A stretch of 63,331 nt of DNA, filler included, from Octopus bimaculoides (lineage: Eukaryota): the NCBI RefSeq assembly GCF_001194135.2. It is 6 parts of 6 records of this genome, joined end to end, with 100 filler letters (N's around TTAATTAATTAA, not from the genome) between each part and the next. Parts side by side here need not be neighbours in the genome. Positions count along the whole stretch, not along the records: positions 9,150 to 34,362 come from NC_068991.1; positions 34,463 to 49,726 come from NC_068986.1; 4 more parts are not named here. One strand, written 5' to 3'. A program made the position numbers and the translations under genes. This document shows positions 24,778 to 38,984 of the stretch, one piece after another. The notes beneath the pieces are model-generated. The model was not told where the DNA came from. It made no database searches and saw only the letters and a program-made list of their open reading frames with translations. The number at the start of each line of letters is the position of its first letter. The stretch's first letter is position 1.

Positions 24778-26061
24778 GAGCACTTCAGTGCCAAAGGTTT
24801 TAGCGCCGGCAAATGGAAAACCGAGTCGTCGATTGCTCGCTACGGTTTTTGGAGTATCAAAAATCATTTATTTACCTAAAAAAAATTATGCTTGCTTTAA
24901 TCTTAGTTTCCTGCCCCAAACTGTCAAAGACAAGCTGAGCAATGAAGGTGTTAAACGTTAAAAGGAATATTCAGAATGCAAAATGACATCCATGAAGGGA
25001 GCATAATTTGTTACACGTGTAAGGATTATTTTGAATAAGGGCTGAAAAAAATGTTGCTAGTGTGTAATGGAAAAACGCAATATTTGATTTTGGATAAAAA
25101 TAGAGAAGTAAATACAGCCATAATTCAATTCAATCCTCTGTATTGAAAACATATTGGGCCATTGATGGGAAGTTATTCACGCTCATTCTATGATATGTTA
25201 CAAAAAGGAACAGAGAAAAACAACAACACAAACTGGCTAAAAGCGGGAAAAAAAGAGAAAGAAGAAAGAAAACGACAGAAATAATGCTTCAGAAAGTTAC
25301 AGAATATGTCAATACATAGTTGATTCTAGAAAGCGATCGAAATTTGGATTTCCATTCAAAAATAATGTAAGCTGATCAAATAGCTTTGAAAACTGCACAA
25401 ATGGAGTAGTTTAAACGTGTAACAAAACGATTAAATGGGACACAGTATAAACGTCTTCCGCCGCACATAACTATGGAATTCTCGCTTTCTGAAAATTGTA
25501 TAACCATATTTTTGAATCCACACAAGTTTCTAGTCAAGATGTCCTTATATGAGATCAAGCTGTTCTTGCATTTCTGCGATATGATCGCATTTTCTGTTAT
25601 ACAAATCTTTCAACTCACCTTTTGTTTTTCTTTTTTGTTTTTTTTGTAAACTAATAAATATGTATTGTAGGCCTAAAGCAATGTTTGAGCATTTTATTAT
25701 GAAAGGACTGTCACAATTTTACTCTCCATATATATATATATTTTAATGTCCAAATATATTTTGAAAGTCCAGTAGCAATCGTTTTATTCGGTTTGATTAG
25801 TGAATTCTTGTACACATGACATTGCATCAAAAAATATATTTTCTGTTTCGCTTATTTAACATTTCAGCAACATGAGTAGATATTGGAAAGAACATGTGTT
25901 TAGATAGAAATATGGTGGATTTCAGCAACTCCACCTTCTTGAGATAGGATTTGCAGGGAATGACCAGTAGAACGCGCTAACACCGATTGCGAAATGGTGG
26001 TAGGGAGTGGTAGACAGAGACACACACACACACACACACAGGCAGACACACACACGTATAT

Positions 26062-26103
<42 letters not shown>

Positions 26104-26104
26104 T

Positions 26105-26225
26105 ATGACGGACTTTTTCAGTTTCCATCTAGGAAACCACAATTAAAAGACTTTCGGCAGGCCACGTCTACAGTAGAAGACATTGGCCCGTGGTGCCACT
26201 TGGTGGGACTGAATCGTGAAGTACG
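26105..26225 (-). mobile_element. SINE family D head, degenerate
   Basis: GACGGACTTTTTCAGTTTCCATCTA...AGAAGACATTGGCC...GGGACTGAA. Confidence 0.6.
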
Positions 26226-26255
26226 TTGTTGTGATGCACATACACACACTCGCAT

Positions 26256-26306
<51 letters not shown>

Positions 26307-27137
26307 CATGTCGTTCGTTCAATACGAATTCGTAATTCATAAATCATTAGTAATATAACTTTAGGACGATAGCTGCTCTAATTGATAGAATGTCAGTTTT
26401 CACTATTAAATTATTTTACTCACGATTCTGAATTCCGCCCTCCCTCCTCACCACGCCGCCCTTGTCTTTTCATCTAACAATGAAGTTTAATCAATTAATG
26501 TAGCAAAGAATTATTGAGGTCAAACAATTGTTGTGATTCTTTCCGTAAAGAAAATATTGTCTTTGCACTGCGTTTACAATTCATTATTAACATGATGTGA
26601 CATGTTGCCGTGAATTGTGCCAGAAACGGTATCCCTTTCATCTTACCATTCTCTTCATTCCCAGTGTACTTTTCCACTCTCGTTCATCTACGCTTTTAAA
26701 TCTTCCAAGTATTTTTAATTGTTTATATGACAAATTCAAAGCTTATATTGTACATAACGAAAATGAAATTAGATAACCTAGTCACACATTATTTCTTTAA
26801 TTCAAGTTGCTCCGAGTTAGAATACTTCGATGATTCATATAAAACATGAAAACAAATTATTGCCTTTATATTGAATTAATATTGTAAATCTATAATGGAA
26901 TATCACCTGATTTAAAGCTATAATAGTGCAAAACAATATTGAAAATATAGAATGTCACAATTAATGGAGTAAAGATTGTTTGCCAACATAACATGGCAGT
27001 CCTGGTTTAGGACGAATATTGCTGTAATTTAGCCCCAGGAGACATCTTCTCCAGCTGGCTATACGACACGATCTGTGTCCTTTTATTTTCGAATAATCTA
27101 TCTATCTATCTATCTGTCTTTCTCTCTTTCTCACTTG

Positions 27138-27178
<41 letters not shown>

Positions 27179-27729
27179 TCTCTCTCCACTATATATATAT
27201 ATTTACCCGGTGAGTGTAGGCATGTGTATGTGTTTATGTGCTTTGTTACAGTTTCTATGTAGGTTTGTGCACTAAATGTATTTTGAGAAACAAAACATGA
27301 AAACAAAATACTGACTTGTGGTGATCATTTCATTGTAAAAGATTATCAAAATACTGTCACGGAAGTATTTCTATCTATCCTGCTGCTGTGCGTCCGTTGA
27401 TTGTTAGCCAAGGATAGATACAGTGATATACGTGTCGAATATCCCCGTGTCGACATAATCCAATGATGTTCAGATATCTCATAAACTTTTCTTATTCATT
27501 TTAATGAATAATGAAGCGGGACTTGTCTGATAAGATGAAGCAATCAACATGTACGTGTGCTTAAAACGACATCAGGAAATTTAGTTTATCTATGGAAGGA
27601 ATCTTCATCTTCAATGTTGAATACATGCATAAACACAATATATATTTATACACATATACATATATATATACATATATATACATATATAAATATATATATA
27701 CATATATATATATATACATATATATATAT

Positions 27730-27790
<61 letters not shown>

Positions 27791-27807
27791 NNNNNNNNNN
27801 NNNNNNN

Positions 27808-27857
<50 letters not shown>

Positions 27858-28179
27858 CGAAAGAGAGACAGAGCAAAGGAACGATGCAGAATATGATCAA
27901 AAGTATTTGGTTGATGTTTCACGAATAACCACTGCAACGGATGGCCATTTTGGTCAATAATAGAAAATATATACGCCTCACAAGATAGTTCTCGAGTTGC
28001 GCTGTTTTATTGGTCAACACAAACATTCGTAGCGGGCAAAGCCTTGGAGGATTAAGTACAATTGTGATTCCATATGGAGAGGAAGCTTTTGTTGTCACTC
28101 TTATTTGAGATGCTAGGATACAGTATGGAATTATTGAGCGCTGCTATCGACGTTAGTACTTGTTACATACTATCGTGGC

Positions 28180-28362
28180 CGAAGGCGGCGAGCCGGCCGA
28201 ATCGTAAGGACGTCGGACAAACTGCTTACCGGCATTTTGTCCGTCGCTACGTTTTGATGTCTACATTGCCTTTCATATTCCGGATCAATAAAATAAGTAC
28301 TAGGTGGACGGTGGAATCGGTATAAACGCCCGAAATTGCTAGCTTGTGCCGGAATTTCAAAC
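28180..28362 (+). mobile_element. CORE-type SINE family A
   Basis: AAGGCGGCGAGCCGGCCGAATCGT head and TTGCCTTTCAT...ATAAAATAAGTACTAG core. Confidence 0.75.
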
Positions 28363-30169
28363 ACATGTTACTTTTGCTTCTGATCCGAAAACTGAACTCA
28401 TCAGTCTCATTTTGACATTTATCGTCCGGTTGTGGTGAAAATAAAAAGAAAATTCTGCCAAGTTTTGATATCAATTTAAACGATTATTTTCCTTTACTAT
28501 ATAAATGTGATTGTGGACTAGAATGAGAATTCTTTATTCGTTTATTAACCTTTTAAACGTCACATAACTCGGTCCACAGCGAGGTTTTATGACCGATCTG
28601 TAGTGCATTTCACCTGACTACGTCCACTAATAAATTTGTGATTGGCATCAATCTTACGCATTAATATTTCTTGACTTGAGCCATGGGATATATAGCATAT
28701 TTTATCTAAATTTTAGAAGTCGCGTTTATGGTGATCTGTTGGACAATTCATAGAATATTTCAATGTCTTTACTTGGGTGGGGAAATATTCAACATATCGA
28801 ATACTCGTTCTTCGTTTGAAGTTGAGAAAAAAAGCGAAAGTGTTATTGCCATGCTGATGACGAATGCAAAATAAACTTCGTTTAAAAGAGGTGATGGTCA
28901 CGGTGTAAATGTCTTTAATTAGGTTTGCTCATTTAGCAGTGGTCCGTGACAAAATGCCAAGACAACGATAAAAAAAAGCAATACACAAGTATCTGGAAAT
29001 ATTAACAAAATGTTTAAAACTCTGCGCTCTATTTTCTTAAAGAGGTGGACCTATCGGTTAATGTAGTTCTACGTATGGCAACCCTCCACCCCCATTAGAT
29101 GGAACTGTCATGTTTGGAATGCATTTGACTAAAAATCCATTAAGTCAGGAGAACTTAGGCTAAAGTAGGAGAGCTACCACAAAGGAAAGTGTGTAAATCC
29201 TAAAGAATACAGTGAAGAATTTTCGCTGTGATCTGCAAAGGAAATCAGAACCAATCATATGCAGACTATAATTTAGAAAATGCGAGATTATCAATCAGCT
29301 ACATGGTACATTGTAGAAATAGCAATTCCAGGACAGAATATTTTAGACTTACATCAATCATGTGCAAGCGGTTTATCTGTGGAGCATTTAATATCTACAT
29401 TGAAACACAGTTCAACTTAGGTTTTGCCAATAAATCGCTGACCCGCATCTGAACAACACCACCAGCGTCAAGACATAAAATAATATATTATTGGACAATA
29501 TTTCTACATGATTTTATACTGAGCTATAAGATCGTATATTATAATGAAAACACTCCACTTTTTTATGGTGATAAAGAGATAGCACGTTAATATGCTATTT
29601 ATCGCTGTAACATAAACATATTTACAACGATAATCGCTACTGTAACAACATCATGAACCAGTTCCAATAATATAAGAACAGGGGCAGTTAGAAGAAAAAA
29701 ACGTAGCTACAAAAATATCCCCAACATTAACAATATCAATTGACTTGATCCAAGGCATTGTATAAGTTGTTCTTGTACATTTTTTACATGGCATAAATAA
29801 CAACAGCGCCATAAATCAATGTAGAAGACCATTATATCTTGTATATATCAACGCTGAATACAATTAAAAATAAGTCCTATGGAAACAGCATGGTCCAAAG
29901 ATGTAGTGAAAAACATAAAAAGAAATCATATTAATAATGATAATATAGACATCAAGTGTTGGTAATATATAAAACAAGGTGGCCCCAAACTAGGTCAATA
30001 AGGAATAAGGGATAGCTAAGGTTTTTTTCATTGCAAGACGAACATAAAAAAAATGTGTCAACTTTTCTTCATTTAATTCAATCTGATAGATTATTGGAAG
30101 AAACAATCAATCGAAATGAATGAAGAGAATGCGAGGAATCACGCTATTTATGCATACAAATTACATATA

Positions 30170-30201
<32 letters not shown>

Positions 30202-30414
30202 CGTGTGTGTGTGTGTGTGTGTACATATATATTAATGAATGTATATAGTTATGGAGCGGTGTGTCGATGCATATATGTGAGCGTATGATTGGCGTGACCG
30301 TCCTTCATTAATTGATTGAAATATTTCAAGCAAATATTGTGCCACTTTTTATTCTAAGCAAGCGATCTATTAACCCTTGTTACCATCTCTAAGAATCGTT
30401 TATATTATATATAC

Positions 30415-30456
<42 letters not shown>

Positions 30457-30477
30457 ACGTGTGCGATTGTGTGTATG

Positions 30478-30509
<32 letters not shown>

Positions 30510-31424
30510 CGCGCGCGTGTATGTATATTGAGTAACAGTTTGACGTAGCTAATGATGCCAGGTAAAGTCTTGCTGACGGGAAGTATTGTCATATTGTCGG
30601 GCTTTCATAGGCATGAAGGAGAAATGATTGGCTTTTTATTATAGAGAGAATTTAAACGTTTTCGTTAATATCGCAAGTGATGGACCTTTGGTGACGTTGC
30701 AGCGACTAGAATGCATAATTGCATACGGAGCAATGTGCACTTGCTGCAGTAGAAACATATGTTGGTCATCGTTGTATTTCCTGTAGAAAACATTTTCTTG
30801 ATAAAATGTTTCGGATGTGAATAAATCACCTCTCTCTTTCTCATTTTCAATTATATCTATATATATCTATGCATGTATGTATGTATGTATATATATAATT
30901 GTGTGTGTGTGTGTGTGTGTGTATGTGTGTGTGTGTGTGTGTGTCTATATAATTTATATGTACACACACACAAACACAGACACATAGAGAAAAACTTTTC
31001 ATCGGATACCAGATCACTATTTTCACGGACAAAATAACTTCCAGTTAATACGTCGTTTCGAAGACCTTGGAGCATTCGAATACTATTCTCAGTCATAAAA
31101 AAGAAATATAGTTTATGAAGAAATCAGGTGCCCAAGACATGTACATTCGCGTGTGCTATCCACTTTATCAAAGATCGACCGACTGATTAATTATTTGATG
31201 TTTCATAAATACCATTGGATTCTTATTTAATTTTTCAAATATTTACAAATTTCTTTTACTTACAACAATTTTTCTGTCAGGTTTTTTTTCTTCTTCATAA
31301 AATTAACTGTTCCATTGAATATAGACTCCTTGACTACTTGAATATTTTTCTCATAAAAATTATTTTGTATCATTGATATGAGTTTGTTTAACCAACCAAA
31401 TCTCTCTATGATCTGTGAAATCAC

Positions 31425-31462
<38 letters not shown>

Positions 31463-33721
31463 GCGTATGCCTTAGGAGATACACACATTGATAAATATCT
31501 CGTGGGAAAATGTGTATGTAACTGCATATACAACTATAGACAAATATGGTGTTTCAAAGACCAAAGTTTTAAGTTCGCGACTAGGAATTAAATTTTAAGA
31601 AATATCAAAAAAATGTTTAACTAACGTAGGATGGGCTTTGCCTACAGTTCAGTTGTGCAACCCTTTCATAGTAGGTGGCACTTGTTCAGTGTCGGTGGAA
31701 TATTCCACATGTGGGTAGAATATTCACAAAACCACAACTTTCATGTATTATACATACATACGTACATATAGACATAATTTAAATAAATCGCGTGTATAGT
31801 TCTCTCCCCTTCTGAAATATTCCTATACACGTTTCTCGAAATTATAATACTATTCGTAGTTCGTAACTTTACACCGTACACATTAAGTAAAACACGCATT
31901 TATAGTTCTATATTTAAGAGATGAGGAATTATGTACATTGTTTACATTATTTACAATTGGCGTCTGATGTCGCTTTTTAAACCAGTCAATATTCTGAAAA
32001 GACACCCATATATATATTGCACCTCTGATTATATGTATATATATANNNNNNNNNNNNNNNNNNNNNNNNNNNNNNNNNNNNNNNNNNNNNNNNNNNNNNN
32101 NNNNNNNNNNNNNNNNNATATATATGTATACACGCACACACACACGTATATACAGCGGGCTATGGCTAAATTGTCAGCAATTTTGTATTTTTAATTTTGC
32201 ACATGCGCGTTGTTTTTTGATTTTGTCAACTACACAGTATACTAAGGTAAGAGTCATCTGAATGTTCCTTTTGTAGGGTTCCTGTCTTGTCGGAGAAGAC
32301 ACATAGAAGAGAACAAAAAAAAACATTTCATGTTCGCGCCGGGAACCGCTTGGCACGAATGAAGCGATTTTCCTGTGCCTTCTTCATAGTCACGATTTGT
32401 AAGGTATGTCCACGTATAATACAGCTCTGTAGTTCTTTGTCACACCAAATGTTTTTTGGAAAATGTGCTCCTTAACTTTTAAAGATAATCATCGATAGTG
32501 ATTTGCAACTGTCGGATTAACTGTGATGTCGTAATAGCGTCTGATATCTTCCATTGTTTTTTTGTCGTTGAAACTTTTGAAATATTCCCGGCAGAGCCTT
32601 TCAATTATATCCGAGTCTGGTGTACAAAAGTTATGCATCATTTATCACGTTGGTAATTTCATAATCGCTGATTTCCGCACATATCAAAAAAGAAACATAT
32701 AGAAAATTTCCTTTCCTTTCTCGAGTTAATACTTTATAAGCCACGGGGGGATCTGAAAGAAATCAAATCCGTGAATTAGTTTGAAATTAGTAATATTAAG
32801 ACAGACAAGGATTAAGTGTTTTCAAATAACCCTCGCAACCGATATACACACATGCACGCATACACACATATATATCTGTGTGCGTGTGTGTGTGTCTGTC
32901 TGTATACAGGCGAACATATATATTTATATACGCACATATCTATGTATATATAAGTATACATACTGCACGCATAAACATGCATAACTGTTCATGTACATTC
33001 AGCCATTTATTCATACATCCAGTGTTGCTATTTAATAGAAAACCTGAACTATATTCTCTTGGTTGAATACAGCTTCCCTAACGGTTCCATGTAGTGCAAT
33101 CGACGCATTATATTTTTGTAAGTTACACAAGCTACTTTTATTATCAGTCCAGAAATAATTTAACAGCATTAAAAAAAAAGTTATATTTAGCACGGAGCTT
33201 CTTTCTTACTTTTTTAAATAATTCACATCTAATACTTAATTCATTTTATTATTTCATAATTAGTGATTTAATAAAATTATTGAGACTGATCTTGATTACA
33301 ATCGAATATTACTTGATAGGATATTTTAAAACTAATATTTTCATACATCATTATTTTAAATTATATTTTTGCAACCTGGTTACGTAGTAAATTTTTGCTA
33401 TAATTAATATGTTAAATTTATATTTATAGGTTTATTTGAAATTAACATTTATATAATATATTTGTTATTACTAAGAAAAATTATCGATTTGTAATAGTTT
33501 TTACGTTATCCACTGAGACATACATTTTTATAAATTAAATGAGATGTTTTCTTTTATTTTCTTGTAGATATGCATTCATTAAATTCCGTTTCCACTTTGC
33601 TACTTTAAATATTTTGCTGAACTTTTCTCGTTGTCTTTTACTTTTATTCATTTATATTTCATTAATAACTTTATCAATGGTTCTCCTAATTAGATACATC
33701 CACACATACAAAAATGCATTC

Positions 33722-33813
<92 letters not shown>

Positions 33814-34214
33814 GGCTATATAAGTGCTCCGGGAGGACCGTAGTCAGACTGTCGCTTCGATAATAATACGAGTTGGCAGACTAATGCGGGTCTTGCATGA
33901 ACCATGTATATGTGTAAATAAAATGAGACAACGAAACCAAGGCAGTTACATCCAAGTGCTCACTACCAGCAGCTTCTCCCAACAAGTATAATGCATCTCT
34001 AATAGTAGGCTCAAGCAACAAATATCTCAAGTCATATCACAACGACATGGTAACCATCGTAATCACAGCAGGCCATAATACACTATACTAGAACCCCGGG
34101 AGAACCCAGATTAGAAGGGCTTAGACCCCCCACACGCACACATGTAACACTAGGTCAAAAGCTAAAACAGCTAACAATAACAGGCCATATAACCCACCTC
34201 TACTTTCTAAAAAG

Positions 34215-34345
34215 TATGGATTATATTATCCCTAAGCAACCAAAAGCAAGCGGAGACGTAAAAACACACCACCATCTGTTGTCAAGCGATGTTGGGTGGA
34301 CAAACACAGACTAACAGATATATACACACACAACCAAATATATAT
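34215..34345 (-). mobile_element. SINE family D internal fragment
   Basis: TTGTCAAGCGATGTTGGGTGGACAAACACAGAC. Confidence 0.55.
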
Positions 34346-34462
34346 ATATATATATATATATANNNNNNNNNNNNNNNNNNNNNNNNNNNNNNNNNNNNNN
34401 NNNNNNTTAATTAATTAANNNNNNNNNNNNNNNNNNNNNNNNNNNNNNNNNNNNNNNNNNNN

Positions 34463-34515
<53 letters not shown>

Positions 34516-35018
34516 GCGACACTAACATTATGGCATTAGACATTATAAAGAAAATAATCGCCGCCGGAAGTGGGCTGCTGTGTTATCGGTAACACAGTGA
34601 CTGAGTTTATGTTCGATTAAATGATTCTTGACAGGGCAGTGTGCTTTTTTGTTCTTCTTGATCTTAAAGTGTTGCATGTAATCTGGGATATCGTCTATAT
34701 TAGGATTTTTGCTCTTAATACATAATGCATATTTAATTTATGAGTAATATTTTAATTGAAACGCACGCACACACAGACTCAGACATACATACATACACAT
34801 ACGCACACACACACACACGCTTACGAACATACGCTTTCACATATACGTCATATATATATGTGTGTGTATATATACATAAATAAATATATATATAAATATG
34901 TATATGCATGTATGCATGTATGTATGTATGTGTGTATATATATATATANNNNNNNNNNNNNNNNNNNNNNNNNNNNNNNNNNNNNNNNNNNNNNNNNNNN
35001 NNNNNNNNNNNNNNNNNN

Positions 35019-35153
35019 TCTGTTTATTTTCTCTTATTCCTTTCTGTTGAAGAGCGTAAGCTCGAAATGTAAAAGACTTTCTCACTTTCCCGAGCGTCAA
35101 ACTGTAGTTCATACACCTGTCTTCGTCTTTTGTTTTTCTGTAAATTTCAACCA
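35019..35153 (+). mobile_element. Short hammerhead-bearing repeat, copy 2 (fold at 35039-35076)
   Basis: CCTTT-CTGTTGA-A-GAGC gtaa GCTC-GAAA-TG-TA-AAAGA; follows (TA)n and a gap. Confidence 0.8.
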
Positions 35154-35189
35154 TATAACTGTAAATTTCAACTATATAACTGGATAAGA

Positions 35190-35389
35190 CTCATAGGGCT
35201 GGTTGCCTGGTTTCTGTGGTGCATATATTCTCCCCTGGATGGGTCGCGTTAAACGATGACTCATTTTTGTCAGCTGCGTGAACTGAAGCAACGTGTTTTG
35301 CTCAATAGTACAACGCGTCACCCGGTCTAAGAATCGAAATCACAATCTCCATGAATCCAACACACTTTTCACTAAACCACGCGCCTCCA
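35190..35389 (-). mobile_element. tRNA-derived SINE (family B)
   Basis: Reverse complement begins GTGGAGGCGCGTGGTTTAGTG; B-box-like GATTTCGATTCTT; TTGAGCAAAACAC core. Confidence 0.65.
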
Positions 35390-35477
35390 CAAAAATATGA
35401 ATAATCTAACAAAAGCCTTGACCTAGTTATAATATTCTTAAAGTTGCGAGGGAACTCGTATAAGATAAATACTCCTA

Positions 35478-36550
35478 CCTGATAGTAAAATGATAATAAA
35501 GAAGTATAACAAAATTGTTAACAATGGCCTGAATTCGGTATGAGTGAAGGAATGCCACAAATACATAGCGGCGGATCAAAATATTTCCTGTAGTGGCACT
35601 TGTAACAAGGAAGGAGTCACCATTGAATATTAAAATTATATGAAAAATATATGGCTGTCTAGATGAGATCTCAGACATTGATTTCAAAAGAAGAAAAATA
35701 CTTTCAAGCATAAGAAATTTCCACATCAATGATTATATTGATTGCCACTAGTTAAAAACAAAAGCAAGGCAGCAGAGGTTTAATATCGATTTAAACAGCC
35801 TTTTAACGTCGCATTATATTCCTTGAACAGCAGGGATATTATGAGACATGGATCAAATTTGCATGCATGATATTAATGTCACAAAATTTGTAAAGGAGCT
35901 TCTCAGACATTATTGCCTGATTGATTACCTAGGATGTACACCTAAGGAAGTTGAACAGCTTTATTTCAACAGCACATCAAAAGATCAACTTCCTATTAAT
36001 CACCAGAAAATCATTAATCGCTGTGTTGCCAGAAAGCTTTTAAACGACAGTAACAAAGATAGCCAAACTAGTCTATCTTTGAAAAATAGATCTCACTTTG
36101 AAAAGTATGCTTTCGTAACCCAAGAACAGGAAATAACACTAAAATACCAAAAGTACAAAAGGACAAAGATGCCATTGAGACACCTAGATGGCACATCAGA
36201 TACAAAGTCTAGAATTAAAACCGAAAATGTAATCCATACTGTATGCAGTTATCCGAAAATGGCATCGTGATATTATCTATGATCCATGACGTTGTAAGCA
36301 AAACGTTATACAATACAATTCCTTCAAAGGCGAGTTCTGAAGATCAAAACAAATAAAGTTACAATGACATGGACGGCATACTCCCCCATACTATAAAAGA
36401 ATGCCGCGGAATGTTTCTATCGAAATGTGCGTAGAATGTTTGTATAAGACTCCTGACATAATGGACTGGAATTGAGAAAAGAAATAGTGCAAATGAGTGG
36501 AAATAAGTTTTGCTGTAGTTATTAAAGATATGCCAACAATTTTCACTAAT
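35478..36550 (+). mobile_element. R4/Dong-clade (RLE-type) non-LTR retrotransposon fragment: RT end, thumb, zinc knuckle and endonuclease start
   Basis: Across frameshifts: KECHKYIAADQNISCSGTCNKEGVTIEY (YKYLG region), QGSRGL, SHFEKYAFVTQEQEI, ENVIHTVCSYPKMAS.YYL.IHDVVSKTLY, YKTPDIMDW. Confidence 0.75.
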
Positions 36551-36719
36551 ATCTCTATAAATATAAATACAGAATATGGAACAGAGCGGACACGTCGTTG
36601 GTGAAGTCGCAAATGGTGATGAAAGGACTCTAACGAACTATACTAATTGATTGATAAACCGAACGATTAATCAGTCAAGCAATTAATTAGTTAATTGGTT
36701 AAATGATTAACTAGTTGAC

Positions 36720-37406
36720 TGGAGGTATGATAACGTAGCTAAGTATGTTCATTGGAGATTGTGTGAGTCGTACGGCCGTGAAAGAAGTTTTAAATAGTAC
36801 GAGCATAAACCAGAAGGTGTCACTAAAAATAACGGTTATAAGATCTTGTGGGATTCTACAATCCTGTGTTATTCTGTAATTGATGCTCGGAGATTAGACG
36901 TTGTACTTGATAAAATGATGACGGAAAACCAAGATCATAGGTATTACTACACCTGTCAATCACTCGTATATCTCCATAAATGAGGATGTACGAATAGGTG
37001 ACAAAGAATTGGAAAAGACTGAGAACAAGCCACGAGAAGATGAAATTGCACAAATGTGGGCAATGAAGAAAGTAACTATTATCCCAGTAGTTGTAGCAGC
37101 ATTCGGAGCACTAACAATCAAGTTCGAGAAATATGTCTGCACTGGGAGTATTATCAAGAAGATTTTTAGAAATTTGTTGGAGAAATTGCGATTGACATGA
37201 GGTTAGAACATGCTCAGAAAACTGCTTCATTGGGACAGTGAGGATTTTCAGATTGGTACTTGGGTGTTAAGTATCGTGGAAAGAGACCCTGAATGACACT
37301 TGAAAGCAGTTTGTTGTCTACACTGACAGAATTAACCAGATCAAGTGAAATCGAGAGCTCTGAGAAGTGAAATGGAAATAATAACAGCAACAACAATAAC
37401 AGTAAT
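36720..37406 (+). mobile_element. R4/Dong-clade retrotransposon 3' end: restriction-like endonuclease, 3' UTR and (AAT/AAC)n tail
   Basis: RYDNVAKYVHWRLCESYG...YEHKPEGVTKNNGYKILWD...ARRLDVV...EIAQMWAMKKVTIIPVVVAAFGA...EHAQKTA...VLGC* (stop 37268-37270); tail 37377-37406. Confidence 0.88.
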
Positions 37407-37562
37407 GGTTTCAAATTTTGGCACAAGGCCAGCAATTTCGGAGGGAAGGTTAAGTCGATTACATTAACCCCATTATTCAATTGGTATCTATAGTATGAGC
37501 CCCGAAATGATGAAAGGCAGAATTTGAACTCACAACGTAAGGACGGAAGAAACGCCGCTTTT
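37407..37562 (-). mobile_element. CORE-type SINE family A
   Basis: GGTTTCAAATTTTGGCACAAGGCCAGCAAT end; GAATTTGAACTC B-box on the minus strand. Confidence 0.75.
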
Positions 37563-38143
37563 GTCGAGAGGGGGACAATTGATCACATCGACCCCAGTGC
37601 ATGACTGGTTTTTAATTTATGTGTCTTTTATTGGCATAGTGACCTTCCCAAGACACGACAAAAATGTATGCCATAATAACGAAAAATCTGCAGATGTTGT
37701 ATCTGGATTACAGTTCTAGGTTTATTCTTGTATTTAATGGCAGGGGCGTTAAAATACTTAGTTATATCAGTAACTGCCGCTGCATCAATCTTCAAAATCC
37801 GTGTTTCACAAGAACAGAAAGAACACGACATGTTAGAAAATCAGAATTACAAACCATTAACAGAAATATAAAATATGCAAAACATTCCAGAAATTTAGTG
37901 TGTTTATGCATTTTCTTCGTATATGCACGTGCACACAGGAAACCAGTTATGTGTGCACGCAAATAAATGAAAAACATACATAGTCACAAATGCAGCAGGA
38001 TACTTGTGCACACGAATATTAATTGAGCATATGTATGTACGCATGTATGTATATATATATATATATGCATGTATATATGTATGTATGCATTCATGTATGT
38101 AAGAATATGTCTATATCTATCTATATAACTATATATATGTTTG

Positions 38144-38205
<62 letters not shown>

Positions 38206-38530
38206 NNNNNNNNNNNNNNNNNNNNNNNNNNNNNNNNNNNNNNNNNNNNNNNNNNNNNNNNNNNNNNNNNNNNNNNNNNNNNNNNNNNNNNNNNNNNNNN
38301 NNNNNNNNNNNNNNNNNNNNNNNNNNNNNNNNNNNNNNNNNNNNNNNNNNNNNNNNNNNNNNNNNNNNNNNNNNNNNNNNNNNNNNNNNNNNNNNNNNNN
38401 NNNNNNNNNNNNNNNNNNNNNNNNNNNNNNNNNNNNNNNNNNNNNNNNNNNNNNNNNNNNNNNNNNNNNNNNNNNNTATATATACACATGTATGCATTAT
38501 AAATGAATACATTTACGTCTGCTAATGTAT

Positions 38531-38585
<55 letters not shown>

Positions 38586-38928
38586 ACACACAAGTATACA
38601 TATACATACATACATATACACAGATTTGCATATGAATAGGTTTGTGTGCATGTATACATACACACACGCGCTATACACACACACTCAGACACACATATTA
38701 ATATGTATGTACGTATATATATATATATATATTCAATTTATTAAAGTCAGCATTGACAAGCCTATGCCTGTTCACTGTTGACGCTCTTCGGAATACAAGT
38801 TGTGAAAATAAAATGTATGTTATGTTAATTTCAGAGATGTAAAATTGAAGGAAAAGGTAAGAGGGTAGTAAGAACATTCAGCTTGGATATCTAATAGTAT
38901 GAATTCAAAATTAGTAATGGACATTGTC

Positions 38929-38984
<56 letters not shown>

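Noticed and set aside
27372-27420. Small hairpin TATCTATCCT...AGGATAGATA, pre-miRNA-like size
   Set aside because: The stem is mostly GATA microsatellite units and the upper stem is weak; expected by chance here.
31960-32480. Possible Tc1/mariner ends either side of the 32046-32117 gap
   Set aside because: TIR-like words are present but no partner TIR or convincing transposase motif was found.
33900-34070. Possible second Penelope GIY-YIG C-terminal relic (SKCSL...ASLNSR-like)
   Set aside because: Similarity needs several frameshifts and is too weak to support by eye.
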